DNA of 64,000 nucleotides, from positions 6,668 through 70,667 of the forward strand of contig CAWAKY010000011.1 of the NCBI GenBank assembly GCA_963782695.1. Reading direction: 5' to 3'. A program made the translations under genes and the position numbers. The notes beneath the pieces were generated by a model, which was not told the DNA's origin, did no database searches, and saw only the letters and a list, made by a program, of their open reading frames with translations. This document shows, in pieces, positions 34,317-46,954 of this stretch (position 1 is its first letter; every line of letters begins with the position of its first letter). The DNA comes from an uncultured Actinomycetota bacterium (GTDB taxonomy: Bacteria > Actinomycetota > Actinomycetes > Actinomycetales > Dermatophilaceae).

Positions 34317-34717
34317 TCAGTTCCCTTCCGACGGCACAGTCGTACGGCACGGCCGGGTCCGACGACGTGCGCGCGCACCCGGCCGCGGTCACCCTCCACC
34401 CGTCGTCGAACAGGGCGAGGAACACGGTCTCCGTCGGGTAGCGCACCTGCGCCGAGTGCCCGGCGACCGTGACGGCGGTGTGCTCCCCGGGGTGGGCAGG
34501 TCGGCCGCGGGCAGGGCCTGCGGCGCAGGGCTGCCGTCCTCCTCGACCGACTGCGGTGCGGGGGGCGAGCAGCGCGCACGCCGCTCGCGGGGTCCGCCCC
34601 TACGTCGGCGGCGAAGGTGTCGGCCGCCGCACCGGCCTCGTCGGCGCTCGACCTGCGCGCCGCAGCCGGCGAGCCAGCAGCGCGCAGGCCCACCACCAGC
34701 ACGGATGCCGTGCGCAC
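34317..34717 (-). CDS. Putative secreted or lipoprotein with paired Cys, frameshifted
   Basis: Reconstructed ACALLAP...TVFLALFDDGWRVTAAGC...PYDCAVEGN*. Confidence 0.65.
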
Positions 34718-34808
34718 GCCCGCCGCCGACGTCGTCGCCCCATGCGCGGCAGCCTAGGGCGACGTCAGTCGCGATGGTGGGCTCGCGGCATCCGGCATCC
34801 GGATCCGC

Positions 34809-34852
34809 GTCGGGTGCCGTGGTCGCCGGAGCAGCCACCTGAGCACCCACTC
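34809..34852. repeat. REP-like hairpin, family B, copy 2 (left arm partly deleted)
   Basis: GTCGGGTGCCGTGG-TCGCCGGAGCAG-CCACCTGAGCACCCACTC. Confidence 0.75.
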
Positions 34853-34887
34853 GGCTCACTGGCGCGAGCACCCGCACTCGCGGACCG

Positions 34888-35578
34888 TCACTCGACCAGG
34901 CGGTAGCCGATGCCGGGCTCGGTGAGGATGTGCCGCGGCCGCGAGGGGTCGCCCTCGAGCTTGCGCCGCAGCTGGTTGCCGTAGACCCGCAGGTAGTTCG
35001 ACTCCCGGCCGTAGCCGGGCCCCCACACGGCCTTGAGCAGGTCGGCCTGGGTGACCACCCGGCCCCGGTGCTTGGCCAGCTCGCCGAGCAGCCGCCACTC
35101 GGTGGGCGTGAGGTGCACCGGCTCGCCGTCGCGGGTCGCGGTGAGGGTGCCGAAGTCGATGGCGAACGCGTCGGTCACGACGGGCGGGATGCCGCCGAGC
35201 ACCTCACCGTCGCCACCCCCGCGCCGCAGCGCCGAGCGCACCCGCGCCATCAGCTCGTCCATCCCGAACGGCTTGGTGACGTAGTCGTCGGCGCCTTCGT
35301 CGAGCGCCTCGACCTTGTCGTCGGACTGGTGCCGCGCCGACAGCACGACCACGGGAACCCGCGAGGTGCAGCCGCAGCCGGCGCAGCACCTCGACCCCGT
35401 CGACGTCGGGCAGGCCGAGGTCGAGGATCACCAGGTCGGGCGGGGCGTCCTCGACGGTCGACAGGGCGTCGCGCCCCGAGGCGACCTCCTCGACCTCGTA
35501 GCCGCGGGCCCGCAGGTTGATCCGCAGGGTGCGGCGGATCGTCTCGTCGTCGTCGACGACGAGCACGCGCTCAACCAT
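34888..35578 (-). CDS. kdpE: Response regulator KdpE
   Basis: VLVVDDD, ILDLGLPD, GADDYVTKPF, YLRVY and HILTEPGIGYR; lies downstream of kdpD. Confidence 0.93.
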
Positions 35579-38115
35579 GGGGGTCCTCCTCGGCACTGGG
35601 CAGCTCGATGACCATCGTCAGGCCTCCGCCGGGGGTCTCCTCCGCCGACACCTCGCCACCCATGGCCTCGGCGAGCCCGCGGGCGACCGCCAGGCCGAGG
35701 CCCACCCCGTCACCCGAGGGCGCGTCGCCGTGCCGCTGGAAGGGCAGGAAGATCCGCTCGCGGGCCTCCTCCGGCACCCCCGGCCCGGTGTCGCAGACGC
35801 GGATCTCGCGTGCGGCCGCCGAGACCGCTCGTCGACACCCGCACCCGGCCGGGCGAGGGCTGGTGGCGCAGCGCGTTCTCGACGACGTTGCCGAGCACCC
35901 GGTCGAGCAGGCCCGGGTCGGCGACGACGACGCGGGCCGCCGGGTCCAGGCTCCAGTCGACCCGGTCGGGCTCGGTGACCGCCGCGACGGCGGCCGGCAC
36001 GACCTCGCCGAGGTCGACCGGGCGCGGGGAGGCGACCAGCGCCCCCGCCTGCAGCCGCGACATGTCGAGCAGGTTGCCGATGAGCGCGTCGAGCCGGTCG
36101 GCGGAGTCCTCGATGGCCGCCTCGAGCTCGGCCTCGTCCTCCGGCGAGAAGGTCACCTCCGACGAGCGCAGGCTGCCGATCGCGGCCTTGATGCCGGCCA
36201 GCGGGGTGCGCAGGTCGTGCGACACGGCCGAGAGCAGCGCCGTGCGGGCCGAGCTGTCGCGGGCCAGCGCCGCGGCCTCGCCGGCGGCCTGCTGCAGCGC
36301 GCGACGCTGGAGGATGGCGCCGGCGTGCGCGGCGAAGGCCGCGAGCAGCCGCTGCCGGTCGGCCGGCACCTGCACCCCGACCAGCACGAGGTCGTGCTCG
36401 TCGTCGGCGGTGGCGTGGGTCTGCTCCCAGTCGCCGGATGCCGGGTCGCCCGGTCCGCGCGCTCGTCCGGTGCCGCGACGGTGTCGGAGACCACCTCGGC
36501 CACGACCTCGGCCGGCAGGTCCCCCGTGGCCCGCCGCACGACGACCGCGCGCTGCGCCCCGAACATGTCGACGGCGTGCTCGAGCAGCACCGTCATCTGG
36601 TCGGTGGACCCGAGCAGGGTGTGGGTGAGCTCCGCGAGGGCGGCCGACTCGCGCTGGGCCGCGATCGCCGCCTCGGCCCGCCGGGCGCTGGTGTGCACGA
36701 CGAACGCCACCGACCACGGCCACCGCCACGAAGACGACCAGGGCGATCGCGTTCTCCGGTTCGGAGATGGTGAGGGTGCGCACCGGCTCGAGGAAGAACC
36801 AGTTGAGCAGCCCGGACGACGCCAGCGCGCCGACGACCGCCGGCCCGATGCCGCCGAGCAGCGCCACGAGCACCGTGACGAGCAGGTAGAGCGGCACGGT
36901 CAGGGGCAGCCCGGGGTCCTGGGGCAGCAGGGCGAGCAACGCGGTCAGCACCAGGGGGCCCACCACGGCAGCGGCATACCCGAGGCGAACTCGCCTGCGC
37001 GGCAACGCGGCCCGCGACACCCGCCATCCACGCCCGGCGGCGAACGAGTGCGTCACCACGTGCACGTCGATGTCGCCGGAGTGGCTGATGACCTCCTCGG
37101 TGGTGCTCGGCACGACCAGGGTCCGCCAGCGCTTGCGCCGGGTGCTGCCGATGACGACCTGCGAGGCGTTGACCCCGCGGGCGACGTCGAGGATGGCCTC
37201 GGCCGGGTCGGCCCCCGTCACCGTCCGCCACGAGCCACCGAGCTCCTCGGTGAGGCGCCGCAGCGCCGCCAGCCCCGGCAGCGGCGGCCCGCTCAGCCCG
37301 TCGGCGCGCGCGACGTACACAGCGAGCAGCTCACCGCCGGCGCCGCGCGAGGCGATCCGCGCCCCGCGCCGCAGCAGCGTCTCGCCCTCGGGGCCGCCGG
37401 ACAGCGCGACCACGACCCGCTCGCGGGTCGGCCACGACGAGTCGATGCCGTGGTCGGCCCGGTACCGGCCCAGCCCCTCGTCGACCCGGTCGGCGAGCCA
37501 GAGCAGGGCCAGCTCGCGCAGCGCCGACAGGTTGCCGACCCGGAAGTAGTTCGCCAGCGCGGCGTCGACCTTCTCGGCCTTGTAGATGTTGCCGTGGGCC
37601 ATCCGGCGGCGCAGCGCCTCCGGCGACATGTCGACCAGCTCGATCTGGTCGGCCCGCCGCACCACCTCGTCGGGCACGGTCTCCTGCTGCACCACACCGG
37701 TCATCGACTCGACGACGTCGTTCAGCGACTCGAGGTGCTGGATGTTGACCGTCGAGATGACGTCGATCCCGGCATCCAGCAGCACGTCGACGTCCTGCCA
37801 GCGCTTCTCGTGGCGCGACCCCGGCGCGTTGGTGTGCGCCAGCTCGTCGACCAGCGCCACCGCGGGGCGACGGGCCAGCAGCCCGTCGAGGTCCATCTCC
37901 TCGAGCGTGACGCCGCGGTGCTCGCGCCGCACCCGGGGCAGCACCTCGAGCCCCTCGACCATCTCCGCCGTGTGCTCGCGCCCGTGGGTCTCGACCAGTC
38001 CGACGACCACGTCGGTGCCGCGGGCGAGCCGGCGCCGCCCCTCGTCGAGCATGGCGACGGTCTTGCCCACCCCGGGGGCCGCCCCGAGGTAGATGCGATG
38101 CCGACCGCGCGCCAT
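35571..38115 (-). CDS. kdpD: Sensor histidine kinase KdpD
   Basis: IYLGAAPGVGKT, VDELAHTN, NIQHLESLND, Usp domain, four TM segments and SHDLRTPL H-box. Confidence 0.95.
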
Positions 38116-38125
38116 GGGCTCATTC

Positions 38126-38711
38126 TCACTGACTGCCGGCGGTGGCGTCGGCGGTCTCGAGGGCGACGTTGAGCTCGGTCACGTTCACCCGGTCCTGCCC
38201 GATGAAGCCCAGGGCCGCGTGCTGGGTGTGCGCCGCCACCAGCCGCTGCACCTGCGCGACGCTCAACCCGCGCGCCGCGGCCACCCGGGGAACCTGGTAG
38301 GCGGCGTACGCCGGCGAGATGTGCGGGTCGAGACCGCTGCCGGATGCCGTGAGCGCGTCGGGCGGGATGCTCGCCGGTGCGTCCGGGTTGGCGGCGCGCA
38401 GCGCGGTCTCGCGCTCGGCCACCGCGGTGGCGAGGTCCGCGGCATCCGGGCCGAGGTTGGACCCGCCGCTGGTGTCGCCGGAGTGGTCGGAGACCGACGG
38501 GCGGGCCTGGAACCACTGCGGGCCGGCGGCCGCCTGGCCGAGCAGGCTCGAGCCGACGACGTTGCCGCGCAACGAGATCAGCGAGCCGTGTGCCTGGTCT
38601 GGGGGCGAGCAGCCCGACCCCGAGGATGACGGCGGGGTAGAGCACCCCGAGCAGCACGGTGAGCACGAGCAGCGCCTTGACGGCGGCGGCGAGCTGGCGG
38701 GCGACGGCCAT
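38126..38711 (-). CDS. kdpC: K+-transporting ATPase subunit C
   Basis: GSSLLGQ, WFQARPS, SGGSNLGP, TASGSGLDPHIS and VNVTELN. Confidence 0.95.
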
Positions 38712-38716
38712 GGGGA

Positions 38717-40758
38717 TCACCTGAGTCCGGGGAGGAGGGAGACGACGAGGTCGATGAGCTTGATGCCGACGAACGGCGCGACGAGGCCGCCGAGCCCGTA
38801 GACGAGCAGGTTGCGGCGGAGCATCTGGTGGGCGGAGACCGGGCGGTACTTCACGCCGCGCAGCGACAGCGGGATGAGCGCCACGATGATCAGCGCGTTG
38901 AAGATGACGGCCGAGAGCATCGCCGACTCGGGGCTGGACAGCCGCATGACGTTGAGGGTCTGCAGCCCCGGGAAGATGCCGACGAACATCGCCGGGATGA
39001 TCGCGAAGTACTTCGCGACGTCGTTCGAGATCGAGAACGTCGTCAGCGCCCCGCGGGTGATGAGCAGCTGCTTGCCGATGGCCACGACGTCGATCAGCTT
39101 GGTCGGGTCGCTGTCGAGGTCGACCATGTTGCCGGCCTCCTTCGCGGCGGAGGTGCCGGTGTTCATCGCGACGCCGACGTCGGCCTGGGCCAGGGCCGGG
39201 GCGTCGTTGGTGCCGTCGCCGGTCATCGCGACGAGCTTGCCGCCCTCCTGCTCGGCCCGGATCAGGGCCATCTTGTCCTCGGGGGTGGCCTCGGCGAGGA
39301 AGTCGTCGACGCCGGCCTCCGCCGCGATGGCGGCCGCCGTGCGCGGGTTGTCGCCGGTGATCATCACGGTGCGGATGCCCATCGCCCGCAGCTGGTCGAA
39401 GCGTTCGCGCATGCCGGGCTTGACGATGTCCTTGAGGTGGACGACGCCCAGCGTGCGGGCGCTCGCACCCGGGTCCGAGATCGCCACGACGAGCGGGGTG
39501 CCGCCGTTGGCGCTGATGCCGTCCACCGCGTAGTGCAGGTCGTGGGCGACGTGGCCGCCGTTGGACTCGACCCACGCGGCGACCGCCGAGCCGGCGCCCT
39601 TGCGCACCGAGGTGCCGTCGGCCAGGTCGACGCCGGACATCCGGGTGGTGGCCGAGAACGGGATGAACTCGGCACCCGCCTGCCGCAGCTCGGCGAACGA
39701 CCCCGTGGACGGGTCGACGCCGTTCGCCAGGGCGTGGTCGACGATCGAGCGGCCCTCGGGCGTCTCGTCGGCGAGCGAGGAGAGGTACGCGGCCCGCAGC
39801 AGCTCGTCACGGGTGGCGCTCTCGACCGGCACGACGTCGCTCGCCTGGCGGTTGCCGAAGGTGATCGTGCCGGTCTTGTCGAGCAGCAGGGTGCTGACGT
39901 CGCCGGCGGCCTCGACCGCGCGACCGGACATCGCGAGCACGTTGTGCTGCACCAGGCGGTCCATCCCGGCGATGCCGATCGCGGAGAGCAGCGCGCCGAT
40001 CGTGGTCGGGATGAGGCAGACGAGCAGGGCCACCAGCACGACGAGCGACAGCCGCGAGCCCGAGTAGATCGCCATCGGCTGGATCGCCCCGACGGCGAAC
40101 AGGAAGATCAGGGTCAGCGTGGTGAGCAGGATGGTCAGCGCGATCTCGTTCGGGGTCTTCTGCCGCGACGCGCCCTCGACCAGCGCGATCATCCGGTCGA
40201 TGAACGTCTCACCGGGCTTGCTCGTGACCTTGACGACGATCCGGTCGGACAGCACGGTCGTGCCCCCGGTGACGGCGCACCGGTCGCCGCCGGACTCGCG
40301 GATGACGGGTGCGGACTCGCCGGTGATCGCGGACTCGTCGACCGTCGCGACCCCCTCGACGACGTCGCCGTCGCCCGGGATGACCTGGCCGGCCTCGACG
40401 ACGACGCGGTCGCCCGAGCCGCAGCTCGGTGCCCGGGACCTGCTCCTCGGTGCCGTCGTCGCGCAGCCGTCGGGCCGTGGTCTCGGTGCGGGTCTTGCGC
40501 AGGGTCTCGGCCTGGGCCTTGCCGCGGCCCTCGGCGACGGCCTCGGCCAGGTTCGCGAAGAGCACGGTGGCCCAGAGCCACGCGGCGACCGAGATCGAGA
40601 ACACCGAGGGGTCGGGCGACCGACAGCACGGTGGTGAGCACCGAGCCGACCCAGACCACGAAGATGACCGGCGCCCGGAAGACGTGCCGGGGGTCGAGCT
40701 TGGCGAACGCCTGGGGCAGGGCGTCCCAGCCGGTGCGGACGAGGGGGGCAGCGGTCAT
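38717..40758 (-). CDS. kdpB: K+-transporting ATPase subunit B
   Basis: ITGES, CLIPTT, DKTGT phosphorylation site, TGDN and GDGTNDAP. Confidence 0.97.
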
Positions 40759-42402
40759 GACAGGGCCTCCGCGATCGGCCCGAGTGCGAGGGCCGGGAAG
40801 AAGGTGAGCCCGGCGACGACCACGACGGTGCCGGCGAGCAGGACGGTGAACAGGGGGGTGTCGGTCGGCATGGTGCCGGCGGTGACGGGGCGCCGGCGCT
40901 GGGCAGCGAGCGAGCCGGCCAGGGCGAGCACCAGCACGATCGGCACCAGGCGCCCGGCGAACATGCAGAACGCCAGCGTGAGGTTGAGGAACGGCTGGTC
41001 GGCCGTGAGCCCGGCGAAGGCGGAGCCGTTGTTGTTCGACGCCGAGGTGAAGGCGTACAGCATCTCGGTGAGGCCGTGCGGCCCGGTGTTGAGCAGCCCG
41101 GCGGTCGCCGCCGGCAGCACGACCGCGAGGCCGGTGCCGATGAGGACGAGCGCGGGCGTGACGACGACGCTGAGGGCCACGTAGGTGATCTCCCTGCGGC
41201 CCACCGTCTTTCCCAGACAGCTCGGGGGTGCGTCCGACCATCAGGCCGGCGATGAAGACGGCGAGCACGACGTAGAGCAGCAGGTTGTACAGGCCGGTGC
41301 CCACGCCGCCGGGCGAGACCTCGCCGAGCATCATGTTCGACAGCGGCACCGCCCCGCCGAGCGCGCTGAAGCTGTCGTGCATCGAGTTGACCGCACCGGT
41401 GGAGGTGCCGGTGGTGGCGCCGGCGAAGAGCGCCGACCACGCGATGCCGAAGCGCTGCTCCTTGCCCTCCATCGAGCCGAGCGGGCCGGCGGCGGCCGAG
41501 AGCTCGGCCCAGGCGGCGAGCCCCAGGCTCGTGACGAGGAGGCCCGCCATGGTCGCGGTGGCGACCATCCCCTGGCGGCGGCTGCCCACCATCCGGCCGT
41601 AGGCGTACGGCAGCGAGAACGGGATGACGAGCAGGAGGAAGATCTCGAACAGGTTGGTCCAGGCGTTGGGGTTCTCGAACGGGTGGGCGGAGTTGGCGTT
41701 GAAGAACCCGCCGCCGTTGGTGCCGAGCTCCTTGATCGCCTCCTGCGACGCGACCGGCCCGCCCTGCACCACCTGGTGCGCGCCGGTGACGGTGGTGATG
41801 CTCGTCGGGTCGGCGAGGTTCTGGATGACGCCGCCCACGAGCAGCACGACCGCGGCGACGACCGCGAGCGGCAGGAGGATGCGGACGATGCCGCGCACCA
41901 GGTCGACCCAGAAGTTGCCGAGCAGGTCGGTGCTCTGGCGCGCCAGGCCGCGGATCAGGGCGATCGCGACGGCCAGCCCGACGGCGGCCGAGACGAAGTT
42001 CTGCACGGTGAGTCCCACGGACTGCACCGTGTAGCCGGCGCCGGCCTCACCGGCATACGACTGCCAGTTGGTGTTCGACATGAACGAGACGGCGGTGTTC
42101 AGCGCCGTGTGCCAGTCCATCGACCGGCCGAGCGACCACGGCAGCCACCCCTGCACCTCGATGAGCAGGAACAGGAAGGCGACCGACACCACCGAGAAGG
42201 CGACGACGGAGACCGCGTAGCCGGTCCAGCGCTGCTCGGTGCGGGAGTCGACGCCGACGAGGCGGTAGACGAGCCGCTCGACGCGCCAGTCCTGGTCGTC
42301 GGTGAAGACGCGGTGGATCCAGGTGCCGAGGGGCACGTGGGTCAGGGCGAGCAGCACGGCCAGGGTGAGCACCGCGGCGCCGGTGGTGAGGGCGGGGTTC
42401 AC
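40755..42402 (-). CDS. kdpA: K+-transporting ATPase subunit A
   Basis: [32 protein letters not shown] and NNNGSAF. Confidence 0.96.
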
Positions 42403-42411
42403 GACGCCACC

Positions 42412-42498
42412 TCAGAACCGGTCCGGGCGGACCAGCGCGTAGAGGAGGTAGGCCACGAGGCCGAGCCCCACGGCAGCTGCGATCACGTCTTCCAACAT
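42412..42498 (-). CDS. kdpF: K+-transporting ATPase subunit F (below the ORF-track cutoff)
   Basis: MLEDVIAAAVGLGLVAYLLYALVRPDRF*, with a GGAGG RBS, immediately upstream of kdpA. Confidence 0.93.
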   Translation of the reverse strand: MLEDVIAAAVGLGLVAYLLYALVRPDRF

Positions 42499-42539
42499 GC
42501 CTCCACGACACACCGGCGGCGGCCCGCGGGCGGGGTCGG

Positions 42540-42578
42540 TGATGCGGCCCTGACAGGTCTTGACGCGACCTTGACACC
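42540..42578 (-). promoter_or_regulatory. Candidate KdpE-binding direct repeats
   Basis: TGAY units at 42540, 42551, 42561 and 42572 (minus strand GTCAAG...GTCAAG...GTCAGG...ATCA) upstream of kdpF. Confidence 0.55.
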
Positions 42579-42588
42579 GCGTGGAACT

Positions 42589-42640
42589 CGAGTTGGGTGC
42601 TCAGGTGGTCGCCGGGGCAGCCACCTGAGCACCCAACTCG
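42589..42640. repeat. REP-like hairpin, family B, copy 3
   Basis: Perfect 20-bp stem CGAGTTGGGTGCTCAGGTGG / CCACCTGAGCACCCAACTCG around TCGCCGGGGCAG. Confidence 0.88.
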
Positions 42641-42761
42641 GACTCCAGGAGCGACGTGGCCGGGCTATGGCGTCGGCTACCGCTCGGGAAGTGCTGTGAT
42701 CACGACGAGTACCACGCGGTAGCCCGCGCCGAACCCGGACGACCCCGGCCGGGAGGGCCGG

Positions 42762-43532
42762 TCAGCGGCCGGTGAAGTCGGCCGGGCGCTTGGCGAGGAA
42801 GGCCGCGACGCCCTCGCGGTAGTCGGCGGTGTGCATCAGCGCGATCTGCCCGGTCTCCTCGCGGGCCAGCGCGGCCTCGACGTCGACGGATGCCGCGTTG
42901 ACCGCCGCCTTCGTCTCGCCCAGGGCCAGCGTGGCCGCTCCGGCGAAGGCGGCCAACAGCGCCTCGGCACGGGCCGGGAACTACTCCGCCGCAACGGTTT
43001 CGGCGACCAGCCCCCACTCCGCCGCGGTCACGGCATCCAGCTTCTCGCCGGTGAGCGCGAGCCGCATGGCCCGGGCCCGCCCGACCGACGCGGCGACGAG
43101 CGCCGTCGACCCACCGTCGGGCATCAGCCCGATCCGGGCGAAGGCCAGCACGAACGACGCCGCGTCGCTGGCCAGCACGTAGTCGCAGGCGAGCGCCATC
43201 GGCACCCCGATGCCGGCCGCGACCCCGTTGACCAGCGCGACGACCGGCGTGCGCGAGGCGAGCAGCGCCCGCACCAGGTCGGCGCCGGCGAACAGCGTGC
43301 CCTGCGTCGCGCCGTCGGCCGACAGCGGCGCCCCGGAGCAGAAGCCGCGCCCGGCCCCGGTGAGCGCCACGACCCGCACGGCGGGGTCGGCGTCGAAGGC
43401 GCGCACGGCATCCGCCACCGCCGCACACATCTCGGGGTCGACGGCGTTGAGCCGCTCGGGAGCGTTGAGCGTGATCCGCCCGACGGCTCCGGTGGTCTCG
43501 ACGATGACGGTGGCGACGGCGCTGGTGCTCAT
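42762..43532 (-). CDS. Enoyl-CoA hydratase/isomerase family protein
   Basis: ITLNAPERLNA, GAGRGFCSG, IGLMPDGG and EGVAAFLAKR. Confidence 0.92.
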
Positions 43533-43672
43533 GCCCCCATCGAACCGCACGACGGGCAGGCGGCGTCGGGCAACCCGTTTGCGTCGCCCCACCACGGCCT
43601 CGCATGATGGCCGCTCCCCGCCGCGCGCTGCGCCCCAGCGCGCCGGACCCCCTCCACCCCCAGGACCCTGCC

Positions 43673-44870
43673 GTGCGCCCCGCCCACCTCGTCACCACCC
43701 CCGTCACCGCCGACCTGCTGCGCGGTGCCCTCGAGGTCGAGGCCACCGCCCGCGGCGTGCTCCCGCACCGCCTCACCACCCACGCACGCCGGCAGAACAC
43801 CGACCCCGGCCTGGCCCTGGCCGAGGCGCAGCCCTCGGGGGTGCGCCTCGTGGTGCGCACCCGCGCCACCGTGGTCGAGCTCGAGGCGCACGCCACCCGG
43901 CGGGCCTTCGTCGGCGCGCCGCCGCGCCCGCTCGGCGTCTACGACCTCCTCGTCGACGGCCAGCCCACGGCCCGGGGTCACGTCAGCGGTGGCTCGACGA
44001 TCACCCTCGACATGACCACGGGCGCCACCACGCTCACCGAGGGCGACCCCGGCACGGTGCGCTTCGACGGCCTGCCCGCCCACGACAAGACCGTCGAGAT
44101 CTGGTTGCCGCACACCGAGGTCACCGAGGTCATCGCGCTGCACACCGACGCGCCGGTCGAGCCGGCGCCGGCGAGCGACCGCCCGGTGTGGGTGCACCAC
44201 GGCAGCTCGGTGAGCCACGGGTCGGATGCCGCGAGCCCCTCCACGACGTGGCCGGCCGTCGCGGCCCGCCTCGGCGGCGTCGACCTGGTCAACCTCGGGT
44301 TCGGGGGTGGCGCCCTGCTCGACCCGTTCACCGCCCGGGCCATGCGTGACACGCCGGCCGACCTGCTGAGCGTCAAGGTCGGCATCAACATCGTGAACCT
44401 CGACGCATGCGCCTGCGCACCTTCACCCCGGCGGTCGACGGCTTCCTCGACACCATCCGCGAGGGCCACCCGACGACCCCGCTCCTGGTGGTCACGCCGC
44501 TGCTCTGCCCCATCCACGAGGACACCCCCGGCCCGGCCGCCCCCGACTGGGAGGCCATGGCCGAGGGCCGGGTGCGCTTCCGCGCCACCGGCGACCCGGC
44601 CGAGGTGCCCGCAGGCCGGCTGACCCTGCGCGTCATCCGCCAGGCCCTCGCCGACGTCGTCACACGCCGCGCGGCCGAGGACCCCCACCTCCACCTCGTC
44701 GACGGGCTCGCGCTCTACGGCGAGGCCGACCACGTCGAGCACCCGTTGCCGGACGCGCTGCACCCGGATGCCGTGACCCACCAGTTCGTCGGGGAGCGCT
44801 TCGCCGCAACGGTGTTCGGCGACGACGGCCCGTTCGCAGTGTCGAGCGCGCTGACCCGACCGGCGCCGCT
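43673..44870 (+). CDS. SGNH/GDSL hydrolase (SsfX3-like); ends approximate
   Basis: WVHHGSSVSHG, NLGFGG, KVGINIVN and DALHP. Confidence 0.85.
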
Positions 44871-46013
44871 CAGGCCTGGACGACGGCGCCGGACGCCACC
44901 AGCTCGGCGACCTCCGCCTCGGTGAACCCGTGGGCGAGCAGGTAGCTCGTCGTGTCGGCGCCCGGCACCGGCTCGGGCCCGGGGTCGAGCGCCGGGGTGT
45001 CCGACAGCCGCGGGCCGGTGCGCGGCACCGGGTGGCCGTACGCGTCCGGGGCGAAGGTCCCCCGCCCCACGAGGTGCGGGTGCTGCGGCGCCTCGGTCAG
45101 CGACAGCACCGGTGCCACGCACGCGTCGGTGGCCTCGAAGTGCGCCGCCCACTCGTCGCGCGAGCGGGTGCGGAAGGCCGCCGTGAACGCGGCGCGCTGC
45201 GCCGGCCAGGTGTCGGGGTCGTACTGCTCACCCTCGACCCGCACCCCCAGCCCGGCCACGCAGCTCGGCCCAGAACGGCGGCTCGAGCGCCCCCACGGCC
45301 ACGAACCGGCCGTCGGCGCACTCGTACACGGCGTAGAACGGCGCCCCGCCGTCGAGCAGGTTGGCCTCGCGCTCGTCGCGCCACCCACCGGCGCCGAGCA
45401 GCCCGTGCACCATCGAGAACAGGTGGGCGGCCCCGTCGACCATCGCGGCGTCGACGACCTGCCCGCGCCCCGTGCTGCCCCGGGCGATGAGCGCCGCGAG
45501 CACCCCGACCACGAGGTAGAGCGAGCCACCCGCGAAGTCGCCGATCACCGGCACCGGTGCCACCGGGCGCTCGGCGGTGCCCAGCGCGTGCAGCGTGCCC
45601 GAGATCGCGGCGTAGGTGATGTCGTGCCCGGCCCGCTGCGCCCACGGCCCGGTCTGCCCCCAGCCGGTCATCCGCGCGTGCACCAGCCGCGGGTTGCGGG
45701 CCAGGCACTCCTCCGGGCCCAGGCCCAGCCGCTCGACCACCCCCGGCCGGTAGCCCTCGACGAGCACGTCGGCGCCGTCGACCAGCCGCTGCACCACCGC
45801 ACGCCCGGCATCCGTCTTGAGGTCGACCGCGATGCTCGGCCGCGACCGGCGCAGGCCACCCGCGAGCGCCAGCGGGTTCGACTCGCCCGGGCGGTCGACG
45901 CGCACGACGTCGGCGCCCAGCTCGGCGAGCATCATGCCGGCGAACGGCGTCGGCCCGATGCCCCCGAGCTCGACGACCCGGATGCCGGCCAGCGGGCCCG
46001 CTGCCGCGCTCAC
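44870..46013 (-). CDS. CaiB/BaiF CoA-transferase family (alpha-methylacyl-CoA racemase-like)
   Basis: GPLAGIRVVELGGIGP, RMTGWGQ, AGHDITY, GDFAGG and NLLDGGAPFY. Confidence 0.92.
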
Positions 46014-46950
46014 CCCGCGACCCCGCGCACCGCGAGCAGCGGCGGGCGGTCACCCCGGATCGTCGCCACCATGTCGACGACCCGCCGGGTGGCCCGCACG
46101 TCGTGCGCCCGGAAGACCGTGGCACCCAGCCAGGCCGCGACGGCGGTGGCGGCCAGGGTGCCCTCGAGCCGGTCGTCGGCCGGCAGGTCGAGGGTCTCGC
46201 CGATGAAGTCCTTGCGCGACAGCGCCTGCAGCACCGGGTAGCCCAGGCCGACGATCGCCGCCGTGTGGCGCAGCAGGGTCAGCGAGTGGGCCGTGGTCTT
46301 GCCGAAGTCGAGGGTCGGGTCGACGAGCACCCGCTCGGCCGGGATGCCGGCGGCCAGGGCCCGCTCGGCGCCCTCCCGCAGCGTGCGCAGGGCGTCGTCG
46401 AGCACCCCCAACGGCTCGGGCGGGTAGGTGACGCCCGACCGGGTCGGTGCGCGGCGGCAGGCCGCCGGTGTGCGAGATGACGTAGCCGGCGCCGGCCCGG
46501 GCGGCGACGTGCACGAGGTCGCGGTCGTGACCGGCCCAGGTGTCGTTGACCAGGTCGAGGCCGGCCTCGGCGGCGGCCACCCGGGCCACCTCCGCGCGCC
46601 AGGTGTCGAGGCTGAGCACGAGGTCGGGGTGGTCCTCCCGGGCCCGGGCGAGGAACGGCACGACCCGCTCGATCTCCTGCTCGGGCGTCACCACCTCGCC
46701 CTCCTGCCCGGCCCGCACGCCGCCGACGTCGACGATGTCGGCCCCGAGCTCGACGGCCGCGTCGAGGGCCCGGCGGGCCGAGGCGAGGTCGCCGTGCCGG
46801 TTCCCCGCCCAGAACGAGTCGTTGGTGCGGTTGACGATCGCCATCACCGCCGGGTGGCCCGCGTCGAAGGTGCGTCCGCGCAGCCGCAGCGCGGCCGGGG
46901 CGGCCGGCAGCCACGAGGTCGGGTGCCGGGATGCCGGCGTCGCTCACCAC
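46010..46950 (-). CDS. folP: Dihydropteroate synthase (FolP2-like)
   Basis: [37 protein letters not shown] and FRAHDV. Confidence 0.88.
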
Positions 46951-46954
46951 GCGC

